Below, piece by piece: positions 48,501-59,983 of a stretch of DNA of 64,000 nt. This DNA is from Okamejei kenojei (lineage: Eukaryota): NCBI GenBank assembly GCA_035221665.1, contig CM069163.1:19778001-19842000 (forward strand), read 5' to 3'. A model generated the notes under the pieces. It worked only from the letters and a program-made list of their open reading frames with translations, made no database searches and was not told the origin of the DNA. Both the position numbers and the translations under genes were made by a program. Position 1 is the stretch's first letter. The number at the start of each line of letters is the position of its first letter.

Positions 48501-51500
48501 GTTTCACGTTGGAAGGATACAATGAAGCTGAAAAACAAAGCGTTTTGAAAGGCACAAGTTTTACTGGCGAAGAAAGGAAGCGTCATTACCTGGGCTTCAA
48601 CAAGGCCCCAAAAATTCTAAATATGGATTTCACATGGAACATTGCAGACAGAATTTTCACCGCTAACATTGCATCGCTAATGACAGAAGTTAGCACAGGC
48701 TCGCTGCAAACAGTAGGTAATGGGCACAATTAACAATGGCATTGCCTGTAACATCCATTATTCATGGACAGAAATAACAAGACAAAATATTGTTGTTGCT
48801 TCTGAATACAAGAAGCAGGTTCAGAAGTGACCCATTTGGCTCAATGGGCATTTTTCACAGTAAAAACCAATACCGGAATATCATTTTCCTGCCCTATCCC
48901 CATGTCCTTTGATAGCTTAAATTTGCACCACCAAATTAATGCCCAAAATCACATTCCCTGTCATAGGAAAATCCAAATATTTACCAATATCTGAGTGAAG
49001 AATTTCTTCTCATTTCAGGATTGAAAGGCCTTCCCTTATTTTGAGATTATTATTCCCTTGTAAAATCCTCAGCAGAAAAAAATAGCCTTGCTGCATTTAT
49101 CCTGCACAGCTTTTTTTTTTTATAAAGGCAAATTCCAATAAGGTGCTCTCATTCTCTGAACTATTTTTTAAATTTTTTTTTAATGAATAATTTATTCATT
49201 CCCTTCACATGACAGACTGATGATTGATTGAATTGAAACATACACCATGGGAACAGGTCCTTTGGCCCACCGAGTTCACACCGGCCATCGACTCGTCGGT
49301 TCACACTAATTCTACGCTATCCCACTTGCATCTAAGCCCTACACACTAGGGGCAAATTACAAGGGGTAATTAACCTATAAATAGTATCAGGATCAAACCC
49401 AGATCTCTGGTGTTGTGAAGCATCAGCTCGACCAGATGCACTTCTGTGCCACCCGTCAGTCAAATTTTGACTATTACAAAGCCAATCTACTCAGAAAGAG
49501 TACACAGTATTTTAAAAAATGTGGACAGACACCACACCATCACCGACCAATAAAAGTGGAGCAAATTCTCCAGAAATATTTAGTGTTGCAAAATAATTAT
49601 ATCTGGATTTTAATAATGCAGCAACGTCAAGCCAACCATCCAACACCCTCTTGCACTAATCCCATTTTATTTCCTCACCTTCCATCAACTCCCCGCCCCA
49701 ACCCTCCCATGAACCTGTACAGTTAGAACACTAGTGGCAAATTAACCAAGCAACCGCTGGTGGGAGGAAACCTCATATGGCCAGAGAGCCAAACTCTACA
49801 GGGATGAGTAGGTGCCAGGATTGAACCAAGGCCGCTGTGGTGTGAGACACGAGGAAGTTAGATGTGGCCCTTGTGGCTAAAGGGAATGGGGAGAAGGCAG
49901 GTACAGGATACTGAGTTGGATGATCAGCCATGATCATATTGAATGGTGGTGCAGGCTCGAAGGGCTGAATGGCCTCCTGCACCTATTTTCCATGTTTCTA
50001 ACAGCAATGCTTCTGTGCTGCCCGTTTCATGCACTTTAACAGTGTGATCTGTGAGATTGATAGGATTCAACCTCCAGTCTCCCCTCTGCCGAGGATTAGC
50101 ATTGCTCCTCTTGTGCTTAAAGGTCGGGACAGACTTTGAAATTAAATGTATTTGCCTGATTACAGTACGGTCAGATGAGAATAACTGATATAATGATACA
50201 ATGATGGTCCAATTCTATACGGCCATCATACAGTCTGTTCTCACTTTCTCCATCATGGCCTGGTTTGGCTCAACCACCAAGCTCGACACCTGGAGGCTGC
50301 AGCGAATCATCCGATCGACAGAGAAGATTATTGGCTGCAACCAATAAACTCCATTGATGAACTGTACACTGCAAGGGCCAGGAAGCCAGCAGGCAAGATC
50401 ATCTCCGACTGCTCTCACCCTGGCCACAAACACTTTGAATCACTTCCCTCTGGAAGGAGACTCCAAACTGTCAAAGCTGCCACAGCCGGACATAAAAACA
50501 GTTTTTATCCACGAGTAGCTGCTCTACTCAACAGCCAAAAATCTGTAGCCTCCCTTTGATCTGGTACTTTGATCTGGTATTTTGTTGGTTCACATGCTTG
50601 ATCAATGGTGTTTTATCATTAATGTTTTATTATTATTAATGTTTAGTGTTTTCTGAGTCATTCGTAACTGTCACTGTATGGCATGTTGTTACTTGTGGGC
50701 GGGGCACCAAGGCAAATTCCTTGTATGTGAATACTTGGCCAATAAACGTACTTACTTACCGTGCGGTATAACGGTGCAGAGGTATACATTATTATTTACG
50801 TTTACACATGGATCACTGGCCTTGCATGTTGAATGCAGCAAGCTCCAAGCATAAAGCACTGACAGCAATACTGGGAAGAAAAATTGGTCAACATTAATCA
50901 ACATGGAATACGAGGTTGAAGAGACGAATAATAATAATATTATTAAAATTATTATTATGTTGACTGGACGTGAATGAGAAACTGCAGTTGTCGGATGGGG
51001 TGGGGGGTCGTCTTCACTCATTTCACCAGTGTTTCCCTTTACGGGTCACTGCCAGAGTTAACCCCATTAACCCCTTCTCACGGGGCGGATTTCCAACTCA
51101 GAGAAAACCCTAATACTGTGGACGGGAGAAGGTGGTGGGAAGGGGTCGCAACACCAGATCGTCTCTTCAACTACCTCTGACGGCGAGCACTCGCCCCGTT
51201 CACGCGTCCACTGACTCAGCGCCTGGGAGAAGGTCCAAGTTATGGTCCAACTGTTTGAACAAGTGTTTAGGAGACACAAGGAATTGCAGATGCTGGAATC
51301 GTCAGCAAAACACAAAGTGCTGGAGGAATTCCACCGGCTAGGCAGCATCTGTGGAGGGAAATGAGGGAGACGACGTTTCGGATGGGGACCATTCTTCAGA
51401 CTGGGGAGGGGGGGGGGGGGTGGTCTGGAAAAGTGTCAGAGCCCTTCGACCCAACTGGTCCAAGATGCCCCACCTACGCTAGTATTTGTCCGCGTTTGGC

Positions 51501-51995
51501 TCATTCGCTCTAAACCTTTCCTATTCATGTGCCCGTCCATGCACCTCCTAAATGCTGTCGAAGAGGAGTTTCATTATGTGGACAGTTGTTCACACACAAC
51601 GACAATTAAACTCTTTTGACTCTCGATCTGTGGAGGGAATGCAGAACGACCGAGTTTGAGGAAGGTACCCGACCCGAAACGTCGTTAATCCATTCCCCCC
51701 TGGGATGCTGTCCGAGTGGCCGAGATACCCCGGCACGGTGAGCATCTGTCTATCAGTGCATCTGTCTATCAGTGCATCTATCTATCAGTGCATCTATCTA
51801 TCAGTGCATCTATCTATCTGCATCTATCTATCTATCTATCGTGCATCGTGCATCAGTGCATCTGCGTGCATCTGTCTATCAGTGCAGTCTATGGAGAGTT
51901 GCAAACAGCGTTATACCTGTACTAACATTTAATCGGTATAAGAACAAGTACTTACAATTCGGGTTTCGCGTTCGAACCTGCGGCATCTGGAACAT
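44479..51995 (-). CDS. LRR gene A: uncharacterised type I membrane leucine-rich-repeat protein, 5 exons, 656 aa
   Basis: Exons 51956-51995, 50760-50870, 47994-48527, 46157-46339 and 44479-45581 sum to 1971 nt, all phase-1 GT-AG junctions. Signal peptide LLLSVLYAWSLLHSTCKA, LxLxxN repeats, GNPWCCSC...VTCLDPPNLLG...C (LRRCT), TM PGLLGLLSIPLLLVLLLL followed by KRK. Confidence 0.85.
46157..46339 (-). CDS. LRR gene A exon 4 (second half of LRRCT, Thr-rich stalk, start of TM)
   Basis: VTCLDPPNLLGTPVWNISDFGCETTTST; tttccag|AC ... CTAG|gtatgt; 183 nt. Confidence 0.85.
47068..47725 (-). mobile_element. Degenerate Penelope-like fragment
   Basis: Terminal-repeat motif (gcagatgctggaatcttgagcaaaacacaaagtg), G-rich spacer, and a diverged tgtaagctgcccaagaggaaaatgagg segment similar to the 63-kb copy. 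Confidence 0.6.
47994..48527 (-). CDS. LRR gene A exon 3 (LRRs and first half of LRRCT)
   Basis: LILDNNKL, LSLVRNRI, LDLSQNMI, LNLSNNNL, LGLQGNPWCCSC; tttttcag|CT ... AGAG|gtaatt; 534 nt. Confidence 0.92.
49225..49455 (-). mobile_element. Partial tRNA-derived SINE
   Basis: Reverse complement of the SINE tail and head (cacactaggggc...tgtgccacc). Confidence 0.55.
50215..50759 (+). mobile_element. Rex1/Babar-like LINE 3' fragment with (ACTT)n tail
   Basis: TAIIQSVLTFSIMAWFG...LQRIIRSTEKIIG...SHPGHKHFESLPSGRRL; the same 3' UTR recurs at 56452-56716 (+) and about 60930-61015 (-). Confidence 0.7.
50760..50870 (-). CDS. LRR gene A exon 2 (signal peptide and Cys-containing N-cap: LLSVLYAWSLLHSTCKASDPCVNVNNNVYLCTVIPH)
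   Basis: ttcttcccag|TA ... CACG|gtaagt; 111 nt. Confidence 0.8.
51743..51886. repeat. Compound microsatellite of (TCTA)n and ATCAGTGC units in gene A intron 1
   Basis: catctgtctatcagtg-type units repeated. Confidence 0.85.
51956..51995 (-). CDS. LRR gene A exon 1 (MFQMPQVRTRNPN)
   Basis: ATG at 51995 (alternative at 51986); AATT|gtaagt donor; phase 1 matches exon 2. Confidence 0.7.
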
Positions 51996-53076
51996 CAAGA
52001 GAAAGTTGGATAATGCTGTACTCACATCTGGACATGCAACCAGGTTAAAACTCCCAGCAGACTCTGAAGAACCGGTGGTCCGTCTCTTGATTCCAAAACG
52101 TCGGGACTTGTTTTAATACCGTGCATGTTTCCATGGGCTGTTAGACTCCACGAGCAGCGGTGTGTGTCCGTCCATTAACGGCAGGGGACATGGGCCTGCT
52201 ACAAACCCGCACGCCGAGATGGGTGAAGATGCTATGGTCGGTTACACTTTAAAAGGTACTGATCTTTGTGCACGGTTTTGGTTGAGAAGTCAGGAGTGAT
52301 GGCCTCCCAGGGATTGTGGAATATTGCAACTCATCAACATAAATATATCGCTCAAATTGCCAAAAAACTCTACCGTTGTACACAAAAAAAAACCCTCGCT
52401 GCAGTCGGAACGGAAAATAAATCTCACTCCGGGCGGGCAGCGGGGATTTTATGGCCGGAGTTGGTAATTGACTGATTCACCCGCCCCAATCGTGTACCCG
52501 TCTTCATCAGAAACACCAGCAAATCATCAGAGTTCACAGCTATTATTTCACTAACTCTCCATCCATTCAGTCTTAACTCCCAGCATTGTTTGTAATCACT
52601 TTTGGAAGACTGTTAACTTATTTTACACACAGTGAACTATCGTAGGGCCAGATCCACTTCAAACTCGAACAAATATCCAATATTTAAGGAGACCATAAGA
52701 CAGGAGTAGAATTAGGTCAGTCAGTCCATCGAGCCGGCTCCACCATTCCTTGTATAAATAGAAACGATTGAATAAAACTGTGGGAAATAGCTAAAATATG
52801 TACATTTTCTAATAAATGTATATAATTAGTTAATAACTATTAAAAAAAGTTCTACATGTGTCTCCAATTGGCACCATCTAAGTATATTATCCATGAATGT
52901 GGTCAGTTCCATCATCATTGATATGCAGCGTTAATTAATCATTATTTGCCTACAAAAATGCAACCAATTTCAAAATTGCCTTCGAGGCATAGAAAGATTC
53001 TTATTACAGTCTGTTTGACATTTTGTCATTTAAAAAAAAAAGTATTAATTAGGTAAGCTGTATCCACCAATCACTT

Positions 53077-53965
53077 GGGTACACAAAAAGCTGAAGAAAC
53101 TCAGAGGGTGCAGCAGCATCTAAGGAGCGAAGGAGATAGGGGGGGGGGGGGGGGAGAAGAAAGGAAAAAGGGGGAGCCCGAGGGCTGAGGGAGAGGTGGG
53201 AAGGGGAGGAGACAGCAAGGGTTAACAGAATTGAGAAAATTCAATGTTCAAACCAAGAGGATGCAGACTCCCCAAGCGGAATATGAGGTGCTGTTCCTCC
53301 AATTTGCGGTGTTGCTCACTCTGGCCGTGGAGGAGGCCCAGGACCGAGAGGTCGGATACGGAATGGGAGGGGGAGTTGAAGTGCTGAGCCACCGGGTTGG
53401 TTATTGCAGACCTTCCGCTGCTGGGCATGGGGGGTACGGTATGGTGGAGACGCCCCTCAATATAAGGGAAGGTATCCCACGCCATTGTGGCATGAGTGGG
53501 GGACCGATTTGTGGAAATTTGGGGGAAAGAAATGTCTAAACTGTATTGATCTATTGTACAGCCTCCGAAAATATCGGATGGATTTTCCGCAAGGTTAATG
53601 TATTGTATATATTTATCATTTGAATAAAGTATATTTTTAAATAAAAAAAGAGCGGAGGTGTTCGGCGAAACGAACGCCAAGCCTCCGCTTGGTCACACCG
53701 GTATAGATCAACTGGCATCTAGAGCAGTGGATGCAGTAGATGAGGTTGGAGGAGGTGCAGGTGAACCTCTGTCAGATCTGGAAGGACTGCTTGGGTCCCT
53801 GAAAGGAGTGGAGGGGGGAGGTAAAGGGACAAGTGTAGCATCTCTTGCAGTTGCAAGGGAAAGTGCCCGGGGAAGTGGTGGAGCAGGAGGGAAGGGAAGA
53901 ATTGACAAGGGAGTTGCAGAGGGAGCGGTCTTTGCGGAAGGCAGACTGGGGGTGCCTTCCACAAT
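53077..53965 (-). mobile_element. Penelope-like element fragment (GIY-YIG endonuclease end and terminal repeat)
   Basis: PFTSPLHSFQGPKQSFQ, VAQHFNSPSHS, RKLEEQHLIFRLGSLHPLGLNIEFS; 12-bp TSD caccaatcactt at 53065-53076 and 53966-53977. Confidence 0.85.
53413..53649 (+). mobile_element. Poly(A)-tailed retroelement 3' end nested in the Penelope GIY-YIG region
   Basis: Interrupts ggttattgcagacc|gagcggaggtg, which is contiguous in the 63-kb copy; ends with AATAAA and an A-rich tail. Confidence 0.7.
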
Positions 53966-54140
53966 CACCAATCACTTAGTCAGGTGTGCCTTTATTTTCT
54001 GAAAACTGTTCGAAGTGTCTCTAATTGGGACAACGAGGGCTTAATTGGTAACAGATGCCCATTTAATTAAAAAAGATTAAAGCCCCACAGCAGAAATCAG
54101 TGCACAAAATTCCACACCAATCCTCTTGATTACAAGATTT

Positions 54141-54276
54141 CTTCTTCTTTCGTGTGGCGTGCACAGCCTAAAGTTGTTGGACAACTTGTTCTACTTGATC
54201 TTCCATTTGTGCACGTCGAGTTGATTGCATTAGTCGAAACAGGGCGGACCACATGAAGGTTGCAATCTTCCACCCC
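54141..54276 (-). mobile_element. Short retroposon with (GAA)n tail, possibly RTE-mobilised
   Basis: 12-bp TSD attacaagattt at 54129-54140 and 54277-54288; minus strand ends CACGAAAGAAGAAG. Confidence 0.7.
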
Positions 54277-56451
54277 ATTACAAGATTTGTTAACAATTAA
54301 CACATCATTATCCACTACTTTGTAGTAACCTAATGAAATGTTAGTTTGGTTCAATGTTAACACTTCACCTCCCAGCCAAAAGATGAATCCTATGTAACAT
54401 TAAACTAGCAAGCATTAATGACATTCTCTGTGTGGTAACTGCACAGGGACCACTGGAGTCAAAAACACAAATGATTAATCTGTGCTCTTCTCTTGCGCTC
54501 TTCCATGGGTCACTTGGTTGACATACCATGTTGCTCTCTCTCAAGGTTACCACGGTGACTTGTGCATGTTTATCAATACCCGCTTTTTCAGTCCCCTACT
54601 GAGCCCAGAGCTACATTCTTAGATGGGAAGGAGTGTGGAGCCATTTATATCTAATAATTTCTGAAGAAATGAAAATTACCTAGTATTATATATGACCTTT
54701 GAAAATAAATAGTCCTTGTTCAAATATCAGAAACTTCTGGTTAAATACACTTAATATTTGGGAATGTAAGGTCTTTGATCTGAAATATTAACTGTTTGCA
54801 CAGGTGCTACCTGACTGGCTGAATGTTTCGATCATATTCTGCTTTTATTTCAGGTTGCTAGCATCTGTAATTAGTCTTTTGGATTGGATGTGTGTTAGTT
54901 CTGTGGACTGGACCTGTTAATGCACATACTTCCAGTGATCCATTCCACCCCAATCATTTACCCATCTTTACCAGAAACAACAGCAAATACCCAGAATTTC
55001 TTGTTGTTATTTCAGAAATTCGCCATTTATTTGTTCCTTCTAAGCACCATCATCATTGTCAGTGATGAATTTTTGGGGACTGTTAAATAATTCTTGAGAT
55101 TCCCGTGGGTCAGACACAAGTAAAACACTGTTTAACCCATGAGTCTGCATCGTTGACTGACTTGTACTCCTCCACCCCCATCACCAACCCCAAACCAAGT
55201 TTCAAAATTAGATCCACTTTGACTTGGAACAAAACAATGGACATTTCTGCTTCATCCGCTTTCTTTTCATCAGAAGGTCAAAAGTGGGAATGATTGAAAA
55301 ACGTTCCATTCGATTTGCAGTTCTTCAGCTAATGAAGCAACCAGTGCTGCTTCAACAAGACCTCGGCAAAACTGAGGCTGGGTTGATTAGTAGTCAGTAA
55401 CATGTGTGCCATAACAGTATCAACCATGAAACCTTCAATGGGAGGACACCAACCACCTACCATTAACATTAAACGGTATTACTTTTATCGATACCCTCGT
55501 CATCAATATCCTGGAGGTCAGTCAGATCCTTTATTCGTCCAGGGTGGAAATGTCAAGGACTAGAGGGCATAACTTTAAAAAGTGAGAGGGGTAAAGTTTA
55601 AAAGGTGTGCCGGGCACAGTTTTTTGTTTTACAGAGAGCGGTGGGTGCATGGAACACGCTGCCAGGTGTGATAGTGGAGATGCAATAGTGACATTCGGAT
55701 ATGCAAGGAATGGAGGGATATGAATAATGTACAGGTAGAGATTAGTTTATCTTGGCAACATGTTTGGCATGGGCATTGTGGGCTGAAGGGGTTGTTCTTG
55801 TATTGTGCTGTTCTTTCTCCCAGCTACTAAGCACAGATCAACAACATAAAATACTTTCCACTTGCCTGGATAACTTCAGTGTCAACAACTTTCAAGCGAC
55901 TCAGCACCAACCAGAACAAAGCAGTTCTCTGGAGTCATATTTCTTCACCCTCCTTCAGCATTCACTTCCTCTGCCACTAGTACGCAGCATCTGCAGTGCA
56001 TACCATTTACAAATACACCACAGTTACAAGCCCAGGCTACTTTGACAGCAGCACACAACCTTAACCACAGTGGAAGACAAGGGCATCAGGTGCATAGAAA
56101 CACTATAACCTGCAGATTCCCTCCAGGTCGTACACCAACTTCACTTGGAAATATATCTCCCGATCTTCATCATCACTTTAACTCAATCCTGAACACTTTG
56201 CCTGACAGAACTCACAGAGAGCTCCTTCTCTAGAGGGTTTGCAGTGGTTCAAGGAGGCAGCTTCTCAAGGACAATTAGGAATGGTGGGCTTTCAGGAACA
56301 CCGAAATTGATATAAATAATAAATCAGAGACTAAAATGAACTCCCGGCATACACATTAGAGGGTGCTATGATTTATTTACCTTTTGCCTTCCTTTAGGTC
56401 ACATAGAAAGCAAAGGTGAGGTGTAAAATGGAATGCTTGCAATTTTCATTG

Positions 56452-56716
56452 CATAAAAACAGTTTTTATCCACGAGTAGTTGCTCTACTCAACAGCCAAA
56501 AATCTGTAGCCTCCCTTTGATCTGGTATTTTGTTGGTTCACATGCTCGATCAATGGTGTTTTATCATTAATGTTTTATTATTGTTAATGTTTAGTGTTTT
56601 CAAAGTCATTCGTAACTGTCAGTGTATGTCATGTTGTTACTTGTGGGCGGAGCACCAAGGCAAATTCCTTGTATGTGAATACTTGGCCAATAAACTTACT
56701 TCCTGTATTACTTACT
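56452..56716 (+). mobile_element. 3' UTR-only copy of the Rex1/Babar-like LINE
   Basis: Near-identical to 50491-50759. Confidence 0.7.
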
Positions 56717-58390
56717 TAAATAGCTGTAGGAAGGAACTGCAGATGCTGGTTTAATCCGAAGAGACACAAAATGCTGGAGTAACTCAACAGCACAGGCAGC
56801 ATCTCTGGAGAGAGGAATGGGTGTAATTTCGTGTTGCGACCTGAAGAAGGATCTCAACCTGAAACATCACCCATTCCTTCTCTCCAGAGATGCTACACGT
56901 CCGCAGAGTTACTCCAGCATTATGTATCTATCTTCAAGACAAACAACTGTTTGATTGATATCCTATCTACCATTCATATGTACTTCCTCTCCCTTTATGA
57001 TACTGTAGGTGCAATATATGCCATCTCTAAAATGCACTGTTGCAATGTCACTGAATAAAATAAGGGTCGCTTATGCTTCAGACTCGGATGTGAATTTTTC
57101 TCTTTAATTGTGTATTATATTTTTGGAATTTTTTTCCTCATTGGGTAGCAGAAGCAGAATCTTACAATATTTTAAAAATAAAGCTGGATTGGTTATCAGG
57201 GACAGGCTGGTATATAGTCTTCAACATTTATTCCAATCAGATCAGCCATGATTTTATTGAACACAAGTCTCAAGTGGCCTAATCCTGCTCCTAAGTGGTG
57301 TGCTAATTTGTGCTCAAGGAAAGGCCAGTGTATGCAGAGCAAGCAGCCACAAATCGAATGCATTGAAGGATAGTTACAAGAGAGAAAATAAGTGAGAGGA
57401 GTTTTGGGAAGTACTAGAGACTGGCATGTTGGTATTGATGCTTGGCACCAGTGTTAACCTTATCCATATTTGGTAATTTGGGTTGCTGAATTACAAGTCT
57501 AGAATTTTTTTATGATTGCATTTGAGTATAGCATTTGAATATAGCTAATAACATGTAGAATATAATCAAATATAGGAAGTAAAAATAGGCTTTAAAATTC
57601 ATTTATAAAGTAATATAAATAAGACATTAATTATAATATTAAATATTCAATATTAGATCTAGAAGCCCCAGCACATCATTATTGACGCTTACTGTTTATC
57701 CTTTTATCCTTTGAATTCACTGCCCTCTGCAGGGCACCTGCGGCATCTTCATGCAGCTCAAACAAATGATTGAAGAATCTCACAAGGCCAAGGCAAGAAA
57801 CAACTTAAAGACAATATAAAATGCATTAAGATAATGTTATTGGAAGCAAAATGAAGACGGGGTATGGATCAATAGAAACATAATCCGTCAGTTACACTCC
57901 ATAACTGACAACCACCTCCAAATTTCCAAATTTAACTGTGAATGTGCAAATATGCAAGAAGTTGCTTTCACTTTTACCTGTTAATGAGCTTATTGTTATT
58001 AATACAGGAACTTCTGTACCTATTTGTCTCTCAACAATGTGCTGCAAAATGGCAGCAGAGTGCGCTCTCCATGTATCAGTACGGGTACAGGAACATTTGT
58101 AGGCAAACAATATCTTGTCACTGGAACATATATTATGTCATCTCAGTTTCTTCAAAAATAATCTCCCTTCAGTGAAAATTAGAAATTGCACATTGAAATT
58201 GAACAACATTTCTGCAGCTAAGCAAATTATCCATTAGTCCTCTTAGATTATTCAATTAGTAGAACCTTCTAGGTATGTCTTGTCCGTTGAATCTAACCAC
58301 TTTTTTTTGAGTTGGTATGTAAAAATTGGGAATGTGTATCAATGTGTATTTGGAAAGACTTCCACAACATATTTGATGCAATCATTAGAA

Positions 58391-59983
58391 TCTATCTATA
58401 TATATTATCTTTATATTACTAAAACTCTCATCTTGTTTGTTTGTTAGTATGCGTGCGTGTGCATGAGATCCCAAAACGGTACAATTCTTGGCCAACCTTA
58501 CTCACCATTGTCCTGGGATGTGTAGTACCAGGTTCTGTTCGGATTGATGTTACATTTTACAAGTTATTGACATTTTAAACTTTACAAAAATCACTTTAAA
58601 CCACTCTTCCACTTCCCCTGCCTGTCAGCCGCGTTCGACGTCACAATGGGATCCCGAATATCATTTTTTTTAAATCGCCATTTTCAGTGACATTGATTTT
58701 ATTCCAAAGTAAAACTCCTTTTAATCAAATTCTTCCGTTTTCATTAACAGCTAACATTGTCTAGGTTATTTTAAAGAAAAAAGGTGAGGGGAGGAGGGGG
58801 TGAGGGGAGGAAACAGAGGAGGGTTGGTGTAAAGGTGGGGAGAGGGAAGATAATGGAGGAGGGGAATAGGGGACTGAAGTGTGTTAGTTTTTTACTTTTT
58901 TTGTTTTTTTTGTGTCTAAATGTGTGTTTTTAATGTTTCTCTGTGTGTCTTGTGTGGGGGGGTGGGTAAGGGGGAAACCGCTTCGGTTGCCTCCTCCATG
59001 GAGAGGCGACCTTTTTCCATGTCCCCCCCCCCCCCCCCCCCCCGGCGGCCTAACATCGAGGATCGGTGCGGCCTTTCCCGGAATGCCCGGGGCTTCAGCA
59101 GCGGGTGCAACGAGGACTCTTGTCGCGGAGCTGGCGAGCCGTCGCCAGGGGTCACCAGAGGGGAGCGCTCAGTTCGCTGGCCCGCGGCAGCCTGAATCCA
59201 CGGTCTGCGGCGCTCCAGAGCCTGGGATCCCTCTTTGGGGACCCCCGAGAGGAACTCCTTCCGCCGGCCGGCGGCCAACTTCTGGCCACGGGGACTTACC
59301 ATCTGTAGTGGGGTCCCTCGCCGGGGATCCCTGGAGAGGAGCTCCGACCACCGGCCCTGCGGTCTGCGGTGCTTCTGGCTGCGGCGCGGTGGGGACTTTA
59401 CATCTTCGATCGCCGGCCTGCAGCCTACCCCATCTACAAGCCACGGTCTCCGGTGGGGAGGTATCGATTCAGGACTTAGCTGGACTTACCTTGTCTGTAC
59501 ATCTGGATGCCCGCAGCAGCGACTGCGGAAGGTTGTGGTCCCGACCACAGTGGAAAATGGAGGTGGACTGACCAAACTTTGTGCCTTCCACCACAGTGAT
59601 GAATGCTGTGGTGGATGTTTGTGTTAAATGTTTTGATTGGTTATTGTGTGGTCTTTTTTATTGTACTGCTGCTGGCAGTACATTTCACTGCAATTTATGT
59701 GCAAGTGACGAATAAAACTTGACTTGAAGAGGGAAAATGAGATGCGTTCACATTGATCTTAGGTCACAGTTTATTGCCATTTTGAACTTTAAAAACGTCG
59801 CAGTCGCGCTCCCTTGTCGGACGCGCCTGCACAGTTGGGGAGGGTTGCATGACTCGCATCACAACGGGGTTCTCTGGCGTCACAACAGGATCCCGTCAGC
59901 TGCGCCTGCGCAGTTGGGGGCTATGGGTCAGTGGTGGAACATTGCCTTGGGGAACGGGCACAACGAGTCTGCTCCTGGTCTAG
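58391..59983 (+). mobile_element. Non-autonomous Helitron-like element
   Basis: A|TC... start (tctatctata...tattactaaaac), ...CTAG|T end, imperfect hairpin gggca...tgctc just upstream, no TSD. Confidence 0.5.
58900..59725 (+). mobile_element. GC-rich retroposon, same family as 14490-15175, nested in a Helitron-like element
   Basis: Ends gtgacgaataaaacttgacttga; shares termini with the 14.5-kb copy. Confidence 0.6.

Noticed and set aside
48212-48733. 173-aa plus-strand ORF, and similar ones opposite 29-34 kb
   Set aside because: Antisense shadows of real LRR-gene exons.
51743-51886. Regularly spaced short repeats, superficially CRISPR-like
   Set aside because: Vertebrate compound microsatellite with no unique spacers and no cas genes.
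58912-59627. Several overlapping 90-220-aa ORFs, also at 14613-15160
   Set aside because: Expected in GC-rich repeats lacking stop codons; both regions belong to the same repeat family.
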